DNA of 58,115 bases, counting the filler, from Sphacelaria rigidula (Eukaryota): assembly GCA_964200075.2 (NCBI GenBank). It is 7 parts of 7 records of this genome, joined end to end, with 100 filler letters (N's around TTAATTAATTAA, not from the genome) between each part and the next. Parts side by side here need not be neighbours in the genome. Positions count along the whole stretch, not along the records: positions 33,269 to 41,484 come from CAXNAA020011887.1; positions 41,585 to 49,800 come from CAXNAA020011888.1; positions 49,901 to 58,115 come from CAXNAA020011889.1; 4 more parts are not named here. One strand, 5' to 3'. Numbering within the stretch: position 1 is the first letter of the stretch; every line of letters begins with the position of its first letter. Below are positions 37,804 through 50,039 of the stretch, one piece after another. Under the pieces are notes generated by a model. It searched no databases, was not told the origin of the DNA, and was given only the letters and a program-made list of their open reading frames with translations. The translations under genes were made by a program, and so were the position numbers.

Positions 37804-38726
37804 GTAAGTTCCTGCGCTCTGCCGCGTTTTGTCGTGGGTGCTTGTGTGTGCTTGCTTCAAACTGTCAGGCTACAGTACGAACAGTACATGCATCAAAACA
37901 GGAAGGCGTACGAGTAGGCGTTTCCAGTAGCATAAGGTATTCGAGGGCGTGTCGGGCAATATCGGGTATACCCGATATTGTGGTACTTTGAAAAGTCGTA
38001 CATCACCTGCTTCAGTCAGTCACAATGAGTCGTATGGACGTTAGAGGAGGGAACAACAACACTGGACTGGCTGCTGCTCTGGGCATGGGTCGGATCTCCA
38101 CTTTCCATCACACCACAATATCGGGTAAACCCTACCTGACACGATATTGGAGGTGTTATTCGTCGCGTGGCCCGCTCCTGATATCTACGCACGAACGACG
38201 GGGAGTACGTGTCCTCCCACCCGGTAACGATACCCGCAGAAACAATAATCGGCCCGGTATCATGGTTGATGACAAGAAGACACCGCACCGTGCGCGTGCG
38301 CGTGCATGTGCGTCTTTTTGTGTGTTGGTGTGTAGGTTTGTGTGTGTGTCCTGTTCTTTGTGCAAGTCCTTCCGTAGGAACCTGGTGGCTTGCGCCTCTG
38401 TATTCGACTCGGTCCGCCTCGGTACTCGCAGTTCACATTCGCCCACTTTGATCGCGACCCGTTCGAATATACTTATATCCTGGATGCTATTTCAAGCATG
38501 GAACCTCGGACGCACAGCAGCACCCTCAAACCTACCCAAGGGTACTGAATCAGTAGTACGAAAATGCGGGTGCTTTTTCAATTGATGCCGCAATCCCTGA
38601 GCAACGTTGCTCGCCAACAAAAACCTCACGCGCGGATGGCCTTCTCGCGATGTGCAACCTATTTCACACAAGCACCTTTGCATTCTTTTGACACGATATA
38701 TCTCCCCGTCGCACCCCTGCAAAAAG

Positions 38727-38916
38727 CGATGCGCAAGAGCATCTGGGGCAAAAAATCGGGAAGAGAGATCGTGCTGGCCGTATGGGTAAAACGTTCTTTC
38801 CTGGAGGATTGTCTGGGCAAGGCAGTGTGCTCCAACATCTTTGGGTCGGCGGCGCCGTCAGCGTCCTCAGCCGCGGTCGCAGCGGCGTACGGCGGGGGTC
38901 GACCGAAACCCGTCAG
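38727..38916 (+). CDS. DUF4291-like protein, internal exon B
   Basis: AAG acceptor is phase-compatible with exon A; MRKSIWGKKSGREIVLAVWVKRSFLEDCLGKAVCS resembles MYRSGWGxKxxQExVLAVxIxRxxFxxxLxxAVxS; AG|GTGAAG donor (phase 2). Confidence 0.8.
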
Positions 38917-39525
38917 GTGAAGGACTACACCAAACAGAGCGTAGAGGCGTGTTTCTCGTACGGTATGCGTTTTCAGACAACGATGTCATTATATACCTCC
39001 GTGATCTTAAGGAGGTTGAAGAAAAGAAAAAATGTGGACCTAACAGTGTAGGAGAATGATCTGTCTCATTGGTCGTGTAGGAGCTGCTATGGGCGTGAGA
39101 AAACAGGTCACGAGCATTTCTCGTACACTCGAGGTGCCAACGTAGGTTGTGCTTCGTGCCCAAAGTTATTTTCCCGGCTATTTTCCAGCATGGGAGAGGA
39201 ATATATCGACCATGGTTTTGAACGACGCACGTAGTCAAAGGGCTGGAGTAGAAATCATAGCAGGGTAGCCTCTCACGGGAAGCAGATGCTATTTCAACGC
39301 CTGAAACTTCCGTGTGAAGTTTGTTCACTTATCTCTGCTTCTCCGGCCTCACAAGAACTACTGTCGAAGGTCTGACAGATTATGGAGGACACACAACGAG
39401 TAACGTACACCCTCGGGGATTTTTCGAGAATTTTCTTTTTATCAACCTGTCCAATTGTTGAGGCAAGTAGGCACGCTTCACCTCACCTCCCCTGTCCTGG
39501 ATTACCTACACTTCTTGTTGCTCAG

Positions 39526-40354
39526 GTCACTTCGTGCTCGAGTGGGGTCCGGAAACCCCATGACTGGCGGGTCAGAGGCGTTAGGTTCCGCGGCGGCCAC
39601 AGCGGCGGTGCAGCTGAACAATCAAGGCTCCCCGATTTCTTCTTCATCTTCTCGCACAGCTTCTCCACTGCCATTTGCGGCCGAAGACGCGTTCGTGCTA
39701 GGGAGCGCTGCGTTGACGGAAGAAGCGGTGGAAAAGGGCGAAGGTGGCCGCATCGGTGGTGGTGGCGATAACGATATTGCAAATCGCGGGACGGAGGCGG
39801 AGAATCCATTCGGTAACGGTCGTCCCCTTTATCGTCCAGCAACGAGAAAAGTATATTCAGCGGCACCGGCGGCGATAACAGCGGCGGCGGGCGAGTTGCA
39901 GGGAGGGCATGAAGGAGATACGGTGCCAGCAGCAGCCGAGCCAACACCAGACGCAACAGCGACAGCAACGCTAAAAGCATCGGGCAGCGATAATGATGAG
40001 GATAGTGGTGATCGGCAACATCGTGCTTTCACCGAAAGTGATACTATGCTCAGCGGCGGCGCCTGCCGCGGCGGCGGCGGCAGCGAGATACTTTTAGGTA
40101 GCCCTCCTGGCCCCGGTGACGGGATCAAAGGGTTGTTCGCCCCGCGTAGCGCCCCGCAAAGCGGCGGCGACGTCGACGACGGCAGCAGAAGGGGACGCTC
40201 GAAAAGCATGACGGTGGCCACTGCTAGCGCCGCTAGAGTCGGGAGCAGGGCTGGTCTGTACGCCGACGAGAGCGGAAGCTCTAGCAGCGGCAGGCGTATG
40301 ACGAATGGTGTGCGCTTGCACTGGGAGCCCGAGCGGCTGCCTTCCGGGGAGAAG
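39526..40354 (+). CDS. DUF4291-like protein, internal exon C (long low-complexity insert, then VRLHWEPER)
   Basis: Pyrimidine tract and CTCAG acceptor in phase with exon B; 276 open codons; ends VRLHWEPERLPSGEK (cf. VRLQWDPDxDPxGxK); AAG|GTGAGA donor. Confidence 0.8.
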
Positions 40355-40404
40355 GTGAGAGAGTATGTTGAAATCTCGGTTCGGTCGGGAAGGCTGGGGG
40401 GGAG

Positions 40405-40534
40405 GGGGGATACTCGTGATCTTGCATGCCGTAGTCATGTGACCATTGGCCTCGCATCCCTATAAAGCTGGAACAGAGCACGCCGGGATTTCGCCGGACC
40501 AAGCTTGCGCTCAGTCACCAAGCGCGAAGCGCCG
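40405..40534 (+). repeat. ~130-bp dispersed repeat, copy 4 (intronic)
   Basis: TACTCGTGATCTTGCATG...CCTCGCATCCCTA...GCACGCC...TTTCGCCGGACCA...CGAAGCGCCG. Confidence 0.85.
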
Positions 40535-41391
40535 TGATGTGCTCAGCGAGTCCCATGAAGGATGAGCTGCATATCGCTGAGGTTGTTCGGCCCGAAGCGT
40601 ACTGATTATCCTGCATTTGGATGGCAGCCTTGAATGAGTTGCTTCATTTTCTGGTGTCGCCGTTTCCAGAGACAGCTATGGGTTACACCCTGTCTCATGG
40701 GTGTGTCTCACCATTTAAACGCTACGTAGTATGATCGATCATCCCCTTTTGCGCGGAATTGAGAATCTCTCACCCCGCATAATATGATCTGGCTTCACCG
40801 CCATCATGCTTACTGCAAGAAAAAAAAATCGGTCACCTGGTTGTCTAGCTTACGCAGTGAGTGGCGTGTTTTACAGCGTCGTTGCCAACCGACGCCAACC
40901 CCATAGGGGTTCCGGGGTTATACACAGCAACTTATACCATTGGAGGCAAGGTCAGTTTCTCTAAATACTTGAACAGATAATTCGTGCGTCACAAGATACT
41001 CTTTTGTAGCAATATAACTAGGGGATAAGGCACTTTCGAGATTGCGTGCAGCTTTTCTTTGAAGAGAATAAATGGAGCCCCGAAATACCTGAGTCGAGGA
41101 AGGAAAATGGGATGGCTGTAGGCATTGTTGACGGAGGATTTGATCGCTGTCCGACGCGCGGGTTTGATCATACGGAAGTTCCTTCTCTGCGAGGTATTGA
41201 GCCGTGGTGAAGACGTGTACAGACGATATCTCAGTCCGCGCCCGTCCTCCCGTCAACGCTAGCGGACGCTTGAGAGAAAAGACTGCGGGGAAGGTCGGTT
41301 GTAGATGGCGAGTTGAACGTGTTTTTCCCTTGTATCGTCACAGTCCCCAATACGCCCTGCTACCCGAGTGGAGTGATGGACTCATGTCCTT

Positions 41392-41426
<35 letters not shown>

Positions 41427-41926
41427 CCCCCCCCCCTTTCTTCCCCTTTTTTCTCCTCCCCGGCAGCCCCCCACCCCCCCCCCCNNNNNNNNNNNNNNNN
41501 NNNNNNNNNNNNNNNNNNNNNNNNNNNNTTAATTAATTAANNNNNNNNNNNNNNNNNNNNNNNNNNNNNNNNNNNNNNNNNNNNCACTGTTTTAGGCTTG
41601 AGCCTCATCTCGAAGTTAAACCTCAATTCTCACAATTTGTTGTTTTTTGCTGTTTACGTTCGATTCGTCGACCATGGACCACGGGGTTTTGAAAACCTTC
41701 ATCGATACAAAAGCGAGGTATATCCCATCAATGAACCATAAGCCCACCGGCCAAAGCTGTGTAGCACGGCCGTGTGAACATACACTCATATGTGGGACTT
41801 GAACAGCAGAGGCTGCTCGTAAACAAGTCTTCCCTTTGCTCGATTACAGGATGAATTGATGGGCGAAAGGAAGATTTGTTTCGAACAGCTTTTGCTTTAC
41901 AAATTCCACCTACCAGTGTATATGAG

Positions 41927-42017
41927 ATTTGTACAGCCTCTGCTGTTCGAAATAAATCCTTTCTGCCCGACATCGGGCATGACGTGTTTATTTCGAACAG
42001 CAGGGGTTGTGCAAATT
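41927..42017. repeat. ~90-bp hairpin with TTTCGAACAGC motif
   Basis: ATTTGTACAGCCTCTGCTGTTCGAAATAAA pairs with TTTATTTCGAACAGCAGGGGTTGTGCAAAT; a further motif copy at ~41879. Confidence 0.7.
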
Positions 42018-42990
42018 GCATTTTCCATAGCATGCGCGTGCTTCAAAAACAATCCAGAGGATTTCGACACAGACCTTCGAGGGAGACCCCAACCTTGAAA
42101 ACCCGCTAGAGGATTACAAGTGTCCAATATCCTCTAGAGGGCTTTTTAAAAACGGACGCTAGGGAGGGTTTCGTTTTACAAAATCCTCTACAGGTAGCCG
42201 AATGGCCGCGTGTGTGCTCCTCTCTCTGGTGATATCGTCATCGACACGCGTGTACACCGCATTCGTTGGGTGCACCTAGCCCAAACTGCCCAACTCCTCC
42301 TGCGGAGTTTTGGGGGGAAAGACTTTACTTCCGTGTTACTGTTTGGTATTTTCCCAACGAAAGCGATTTGCGGGTTGAACCTCATTATTAAGTTCAACCC
42401 CAAAAATTAGGATCCGCTGTTATGTAGAACTTGTGGCGAAATCACGCCGTCACGGTTGAGTATATAGTGGATCCTGGATGATGACCAGGGGACAAGGGCA
42501 TCCTGTGGATGATGACCCTTGCTGTGTAGTCCAGGCCTGATGGTAAGCTACAGGTGTTTACTTCGAAATAATGATGAGGTGTTATAAAGGTTGACAACTG
42601 AGACCTTGAGGCCAGTGGAGCTGGGGAGTCCCTCAACAGCATTTAGACGCTGCAGAACTAGCAAACCTGCTAGCGTCGCAATATCGATATTAGTGCTAGT
42701 GCTGGCGTGCTAGTAGATGGTATCGTTGGAGACTGCTGAAAGTTTTTAGCAGGGAGAGTCTAGACAACTAGTGATTCACTTCGTGCACAGAGCTTCACGG
42801 ACGCGTGAGGAGGCTTCAAGCTGAGGTAGCTTAAAAGGCGGCTGGCCCGTGATTGATCCAGACTGAAGACTCGCTGGAGCTGCGCACAGCCGGTGTTTGT
42901 ACGACCCCAGGGCTGTGTTGGAGCGGCGAAGAAGCAGGTGTGAACTGAAAGTTCCAGAAGGTTTGAGAAATCTTCGGTTTAGGCTCAAGA

Positions 42991-43935
42991 ATGTCGACGA
43001 TGGAGGTACCGAGAATAGAGACAGCAGAAACGACTGTAACACCAGGCGTTCTGAGCGAAGAGTTGCAGCCGCCCAGTTACGAGAGTTTATATTCTGAGGG
43101 TGCCTCTCGATCGTTTCATACGAGATACATGGAATACAAAAGGAGGGTTGATCATGCGAATGCAGGGGGTGCGGTGAGGCATCAGGTGGTCTCGATGGCG
43201 CAATTAGTACCAACATCCTTGCAACTCGTCTTCGCGAGACGGTTCCACGAAAAGCATACCATAACGCCGCTGCAGTTGGCCGCAGCGGTAAAGAAGCACG
43301 CAGGGCATGCGGCAGGCGCGGAGGTAGAGCTTACTCAGGCGTCCGCGGCCGTGGCAAAGGCTGTCGAAATGAACCACAAGGGGAGGACCATGCGCGAGAG
43401 GGTGGAGCCCATTATGGATAAGTTGGAAACGTATTATGCGGAAAATCCCAACGTAGAGATGATTTATCGTTCGTCCGACGGGAAATTTCGCCCAGGGCCC
43501 GCTGCGGTGGTCACCAAAGCGATGGTGGAGGGTCTGGCCCCGGCGGAATTTAAGCAGGCCGTGCTTGTACAGTTACAGCACGAGACAAATTGGAAGTCGG
43601 ACCCGTATTTAGTCATGGATACGGTGGTGGCCGAAGCTCAGGCATGGCGGCCGGTCGAAGTGTTCCGAAAATCATCCACTTCATCGCCGCAGTCTTCCAG
43701 CTCGCATAACCGCGGACCAAAATCCGCAGGCAGTAATGCAATCTGCAGGCAGTGCAGCCTCCGATTTTACTTGTTTTCAGTGTGGCCAGGTACACATCGC
43801 ACGAAATTGCCAAACGCCCTCTGAGGGGGAGTCTGGGAAGACGAGTGCCGCGCGCCCTCACAAAGGGAAAATACGAGGTAGTCGCGGTGGCGGCGGTGGC
43901 GGATCCTCCAGCGGTGGAGGTGCACAGTCGACTTC

Positions 43936-43966
<31 letters not shown>

Positions 43967-46900
43967 CGGCGGCGTCAGCAGGGGTCCGGTTCTGGGTTCG
44001 GTTCAGCCGCAGGGGCTGCTGCTCCGCAACGGGCGATGCAGGTGGGACCGACCTCTCTGGTGTCGGGCTCGGTGCCGGCGCCGCCGGCAGCAGAGCAAGG
44101 TGAGACGCCGGCTGCGAAGTCGGCCGGTTTGCAGCTGCAATTTGGATCGGCTGCTGCGTCGGCCGGGGTACCCCTGCAATTTGGTTCTGCGGGCGGGGCT
44201 TCGTACCCGCCGGCAGTGCCGGTGACCCCAGCGGGGGCGTCTCTGCCTGCGCCGCGCGCACAGCCGTGGCGCTGGGTGAGGATTACGAAAAAACAGTCGG
44301 CGGAGCAGGTGCCGGTCGAAGACCAAGACAATTATGTCCCTGCCGAGTTATATCTGCCCGATCAACGGGCGTGGGGAGCTATATCGGTCAAAGCGGTGTT
44401 GGGTTCAGGCGCCCACTTCACGAGCGTGGCGGTGTTAGTCGTGAAGATGCTGGAGCGTCTACTCCCCGATGAACAAATCCGCATTCCGTTCTCGCTCGGG
44501 GTGCGGCAGGCCGTCACCGCATCTGGACAACGTATAAATGTCACGGAGCGTACGATTCCCCTACAGTTGGCGTTCAGGACGACCCGGGGGCCAGCAAAAT
44601 TACCCCCAATATCGTTTGCGATCATGCCGGGGACGGATGGTGTAGTTCTGTTGGGGCTACCGACGCTTCGGGGACTCGGAGTCGATCCGTATGATCGGTT
44701 GTTGGGGTCCCTAAAAACGAAAATGCCGGCGCCCGATTCGAGCGTCGAGACGCCTGCTTTGTTGGCCAGTCGCAGAGTGAGCTTGTCGGTTGATGCTCCC
44801 AAGGAGACGGGAGGGCAGGTGTCCGAGGAGCGTGATGAGGCGGTGGAACGCTTGGTGGAGCGTGGCCCTGATATGTTTATGAAGCCGGAGGAAGAGGAGT
44901 CCGCGCGAAAGGCTGCGCTTGAGGAAAGCGTGACGGATGCTGTGGCAAATGGCCTCAACGTCTCAAAAGCGGAGCGCTTGCGTGGCATACTGTATCGCCA
45001 CGTTAGCGCGTTTCGTCGTGCGCTGATGGGTGATACCCCTGCACGCGTGGAATCCATGAGGGTTACACTGAAGCCAGGGGCGGCCGCGGTGAAGGCAAAA
45101 CCGAGGAGGTATGATCCGGTAAAGTCCAGTTGGTTACCTTCTTGCATGGGGGCTCTTGTGGCGTTTGGGTTGGTGTTCAGGAATCTACAGGCGGTGTGGA
45201 CCAGTCCAGCGATGGCGGTGCCGAAGAAGGACTCTTTCCGTCTTGTCAGCGATGACGGAGCCGTCAATGATCAGGTGGAGAAGTCGCCGGGTGTCATGCC
45301 CAATCAGGAGTCCGACATGATACACCTGTTGAGTGCGCGATGCTTCGGTAAGTTGGACCTCCTACAGGGGTACTGGTAGATGCCGTTGGCCGAAGAGGCG
45401 CAAGAGATATTCACCATCACGACTCTGTTTGGCATGTTTACCCCGCAACGAGTACCGCAAGGCGTGTTGAATGCTCCTTCCTATTTTTAAGGTGTCATGG
45501 TGGACCTTTTAGATGGCTTGTTGAAATGCAAGATCTGGGTGGATGATGTCTTTTTCTTCGCGGATACGGAAGACGAACTGCTGGATACGCTTGATGCAAT
45601 CTTGGCTCGCTTAGAGAGTGTCGGTCTGTTTGCAGCTGCCAACAAGTGTGCCTTTTTTGCTAGTGAACTAGTGTGGTGTGGGAAAGTATATTCACACGGC
45701 CGTGTCTCGCATGACCCGGTCCGCTTGCAAGGTTTGTCTGACATGGGGCGTCCAGAAACAGCAGCAGAACGACTGCAATTCCTGCACGCAATGAACTGGT
45801 TGCGTACCTCGTTGCCACGTATGGCCGAAGTAGTGGCGCACTTGCGCGTTTTCCTAGAAGAACTCGTGGTGGGGGCAGCCAGGCGCACGAAGCGGGTGGC
45901 CAAAAACCGTGTTATTCCGCCCGCCTCGTGGACGAAGGACAGGCTGCAGGCATGGGCGGCAGCGAAGGATCTGGTGGCTCACGCAGTGACGCTGTCCCAT
46001 CCCCGCCCCGGTTGCCAGGTGCTGATGTTTCCGGATGCATCCGAGTGTCATTGGGGTAGCTTTGTCACGCAGGTGCCTGATGCAGAAATGCAACAACGGT
46101 TGCCGGTTGAAGGCATAACGCATGAACCGCTGGCTTTTCTTGGTGGTAATTTCAAGGGTTCCCAGCTGCGTTGGGCAACCATTGACAAGGAAGGTTTTGC
46201 TATCGTGAGCACTTTTCGTCGTCTCGAGCATCTATTGTGAAATGGCGTGCACATTTTCACGGATCACCGCAATCTAGCGTACATTTCCAACCCGGAGGCA
46301 TACGTGAAGTCTGTGTCGAAGGCGTTGGCACAGCGATTGGAGGGGTGGAAAGGAGTATTAGGACAGTATCGGTACACGATGTGTCATATTTCGGGTGAAT
46401 GTATTGCGTGGGGTGACTTGCTGTTGCGCTGGGTCAATATTCCCACTATGCCCGTGCGCGCTGTGGCTGTATCTGGTCCGTGTGAAGCGGATGACTCGAT
46501 GCCGTCCAAATCTTTGGTCCGCCAAGCGCAACGAAAAGACCTTGGTGCCGAAGATGCGGATGTGCAATCTTCCGAGTCGGATGTTAGCACTGCGATTTTG
46601 GACAATGAAGGTCGGTTTCGTGTGCACGTGTGTGGCCGAAACGTTCTGCGGATTCCGAGTTCTGACAAGCAGTTGCAGGTACGTTTGATGATTTGTGCGC
46701 ACATGCACGATGCCGGGCATCGAGTTGTGGATGCGACGCTCGTGCGCTTAAAAGAGTTTTGTGTCTGGCAAGGGATAGAAACTAATGTGCGCGAGTTTGT
46801 CCGCCAGTGTCTTCACTGTGCTGACTCGAGGGCGGGCGATGTTGTTCCCCGCCCGCTCGGTGAAACGGTCCATGGGACCACGCCGAATGAAGTCGTTCCT

Positions 46901-48118
46901 TTTGCCTTCTTACACATGGGCGAGAGTGGCCCGCTAGCTTCCCAAGGTTTGTCGGAGGATGCTGGGTTCCGATACATTTTGATCATAATGGATGATTTGA
47001 GCTATTTTGTGACTTTGGAACCAGTAGTAGTGTGTATTGTTGAATCGACCGCTACGTCTTTGCCAACCTGGTGCAAAACTTTGGGCGTACTCATTTGTTG
47101 CTTGCCTTAGTCGTTCGATCATTGACCACGCATCCCTTCCGAGACGGAGCAGCGCCCCGTGTGTGGGTGAGTGATACCGCCACGCATTCTAAGAATGCGA
47201 TCTTCGCTCGGTTGCGAGAACTTTGCGCGTCGACCATCGGTTTGCGGTAGCGTATTCTCCATGGTCCAACGGTACGTGCGAACGCATGGTCAAGGAAGTA
47301 GTTCGTGCTTTTCGCTCTATTCTTCTCGAGCAGCGTCAAGAGGTGACCGAGTGAGTGGCCGTTATGCCCGCTGTGCAATGGGCGCTGAATACAGCATATC
47401 GCCGTCGGTACGGTAGTACGCCGTATCACATGATGTTTGGCCGTGCCCCTCGGACGTCTTTCTTGGTGCTGGCGTTCTCGTCGGCGGGGGATGGAAGTGT
47501 GATGTCTTAGACGATGTTCAAATTAGGAGTGCATTGAAAGGAGTCTTGGACTTGCAAGAACGTTCCCACGTACAAGTGCAGGAGCGTGTTGCCGCTGAAC
47601 GTGCGCGTAGACATGAGGGGTCTTCGTCGGGGCTGGAATTGCCGAATTTTGAGGTAGGCGGTTATGTTTTGTACGCACGCGTGCGTCGCCCGGGCGTTAC
47701 GCCTAAATTGATGGCGACGTGTACTGGTCCGTTGAGAGTGGTTGAAGCTCATCACCCGCATGTTTTTGATATTCAAAACATTGTTTCGGGTCGTCTTCAG
47801 ACCGCCCATGTAGCTCGTTTGCGTTTTGATGCAGACTCGCAGCTTAATGTAACGGCAGATGTGAAGGATCTGTTTCAGCACGCTTTCAACCAGGGGTATT
47901 TTCAGATGGCTGGGATTGTTCGCGTGGCAGACGCAGAGGATCGTTCGTTGATCGTATTGGTCGACTGGGTAGGTTTTGACGTCGAGGAGCGTACGTGGGA
48001 GCCTTTCAAAAATATTTTTGAGGCAGCTCCGGAATTTCTCAAGAAGGGGTTGCGTAAGATGCGAGTGACTCGTTCTATTGCTGCTCGCATTACGCGTGAG
48101 TTTGGGATTCAGTTGTGA
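42991..48118 (+). pseudogene. gag-pol polyprotein, disrupted
   Basis: Zn knuckle CFQCGQVHIARNC; protease site degenerate (VLGSGA); RT LDLLQGYW and IWVDD; RNase H FPDASECHWG and FTDHRNL; integrase HMHDAGH..CLHC and WVSDTATH; chromodomain LVDWVGFDVEERTWEP. In-frame stops at 45377, 45488 and 46238, plus frameshifts. Confidence 0.92.
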
Positions 48119-48424
48119 CTTGCTCAATCGTTTTGGCGTTATTTTTCTGAGTGCCAAGCTTGTTGCTCGATTCTCGTCCAACGCGTTTTGGGGGTGCTGT
48201 GGCAAAATCACGCCGCCACGTTGAGTATATAGTGGATCCTGGATGATGACTTGGGATCTGTAGTGATGATATGGATGATGACATGGACACAGGGGTGATA
48301 CCTTGATGTGGGTTACGGAGTATATGTGCCTAGGTGGCACTCCAGGATAATAAAAGGTGTTGTGAAAGCTAACAACTGAAACCTGACGCCAGTGGAACTG
48401 GGGAGTCCCTCAACAACAGCAAAA

Positions 48425-48870
48425 AACACGGAATCTTACAAATTGGAGATGGATCATTTATTGGGGATGAGAAACCCGGAGGATTAAAATCTTCGTATCC
48501 GCACCAAATACTCGAAAGATGGTTCCATTTCTTCACCTACTGATAGCTATTGACAACTGCTACACGCCATAGAAACTTGGATTCCGATCACCGAAATGTT
48601 GGGGTCCTAGGTGAAAAAAACAGTTTTGTAGAATTCCGGGTGTCCGAGCGGACGCCAAAATTATTCCGAAATTGTTTTTTTCACCTAGGACCCCACAATT
48701 TCGGTGATCGAAATCCAAATTTCTATGACGTGTAGCAGTTGTCAATAGCTATCAGTAGGTGAAGAAATGAAATCATATTTCAAATATTTTGTGAGGATAC
48801 GAAAAGTGTAATCCTCCGGGTTTCTCATCCCCAATAAATGATCCATCCCCAATTTGTAAGATCCCGTGTT
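48425..48870. mobile_element. Foldback MITE, copy 2, inserted in the Gypsy 3' LTR
   Basis: AACACGGAATCTTACAAATTGG ... CCAATTTGTAAGATCCCGTGTT; 446-bp palindrome; LTR homology resumes at 48871. Confidence 0.9.
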
Positions 48871-50039
48871 ATTAGACGCTTCAGTACTAGCAATCTGCTA
48901 GCGTCACAGATTTGTGCATCTGACTCGTGACACGCGATCCAAGGCTCCACTATCCCTTTCAGACATGCCCAACATGCATGTGAGAAGAGTTGAGGAGTAT
49001 CCATCGCTCGTTTCCCTCGAAATCCGTCTGCAGATCGCATATATATACATATATAATATATAGAGAGCAATGGACTAGAAAATGTACACCTTCTCGTGTT
49101 TTGCCCAAGAAAGGTACGAAAAATGGCCAGAAACGCGAAAACAGCCAAACACGCCATTTTGACCGTTTGCGCTACGAATGTTTCACGTACATCATTCGGG
49201 GGGGCCATTGGCGCCCCGGTGTCGAACAAAAACGGGAAAAAAACATGTTACTCGAGAGATATAGCCCCGCGAAAACGGACGTCTCACCTTCAGAAGCCGC
49301 TTACCTTTTGTAGGCCAAATATCGCCCGGGTACACCTGATCTAGGAATTCTTTTTCAATCGTACCTTATCTGGGCCACCGATCGGCCGAGAACGTACCTG
49401 TGCTAGGCCATCGCTCTCTAAACTGTACCTGATGCGGCACATCGCGCGCGAGGGAGTCTACTCGCCAACTCCAACAATGGCGCCCACACCTTCGGCTCTT
49501 TTCCTGCTCATTTGCCGTTCACGGACGGCACAACGACCACGCTCCCTTCTCCCCGGAAGTGGTTCTCAAGCCTCTCCGCTATTACTGTTCTGTCTCTAGC
49601 TCTCTTTGCGTGACGACCAGTACTGTATGCGTTGCTTGAACCAACCATCGATAATGCGAAAATCGCCCGTTGGTGGCGGAAGAGCCTAGCTTGACCCTGA
49701 CACCAGCCCGGAGATCGCAAAAGTACAACAGTGTTCCGCAACCCACTGGATCACAAGAGACCGACGTGCTGTAAGTTGTGAGTCCACATATTGTGTCGAT
49801 NNNNNNNNNNNNNNNNNNNNNNNNNNNNNNNNNNNNNNNNNNNNTTAATTAATTAANNNNNNNNNNNNNNNNNNNNNNNNNNNNNNNNNNNNNNNNNNNN
49901 TCAATCCCTAGGCTTTGTTTTCAGCGTCGCAACCCAGGTGCACGCAGCCCAGACACGTGGACTGGCGCAAAAGCCGCGTGGATACCCCTTGGACCAGCGG
50001 TCAACTTTTTTTTATCTCTTTTGGGGAATCAGGCCAAAG

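Larger units (their letters stand above)
42432..48908 (+). mobile_element. Full-length chromodomain-bearing Ty3/Gypsy LTR retrotransposon (inactivated)
   Basis: 5' LTR 42432-42680 (TGTGGC..GTCGCA); 3' LTR 48198-48908 (TGTGGC..GTCACA, MITE inserted); G-rich PPT before 48198; gag-PR-RT-RH-IN-chromo order. Confidence 0.95.

Noticed and set aside
45377-46240. In-frame stops as programmed readthrough or RIP-like mutation
   Set aside because: Three ordinary transitions at conserved Q/Q/W codons, alongside frameshifts and a lost protease Asp; too few to infer a mechanism
44362-48340. Long antisense ORFs (301 aa and 277 aa) within the Gypsy
   Set aside because: Expected shadow ORFs of GC-rich pol coding sequence
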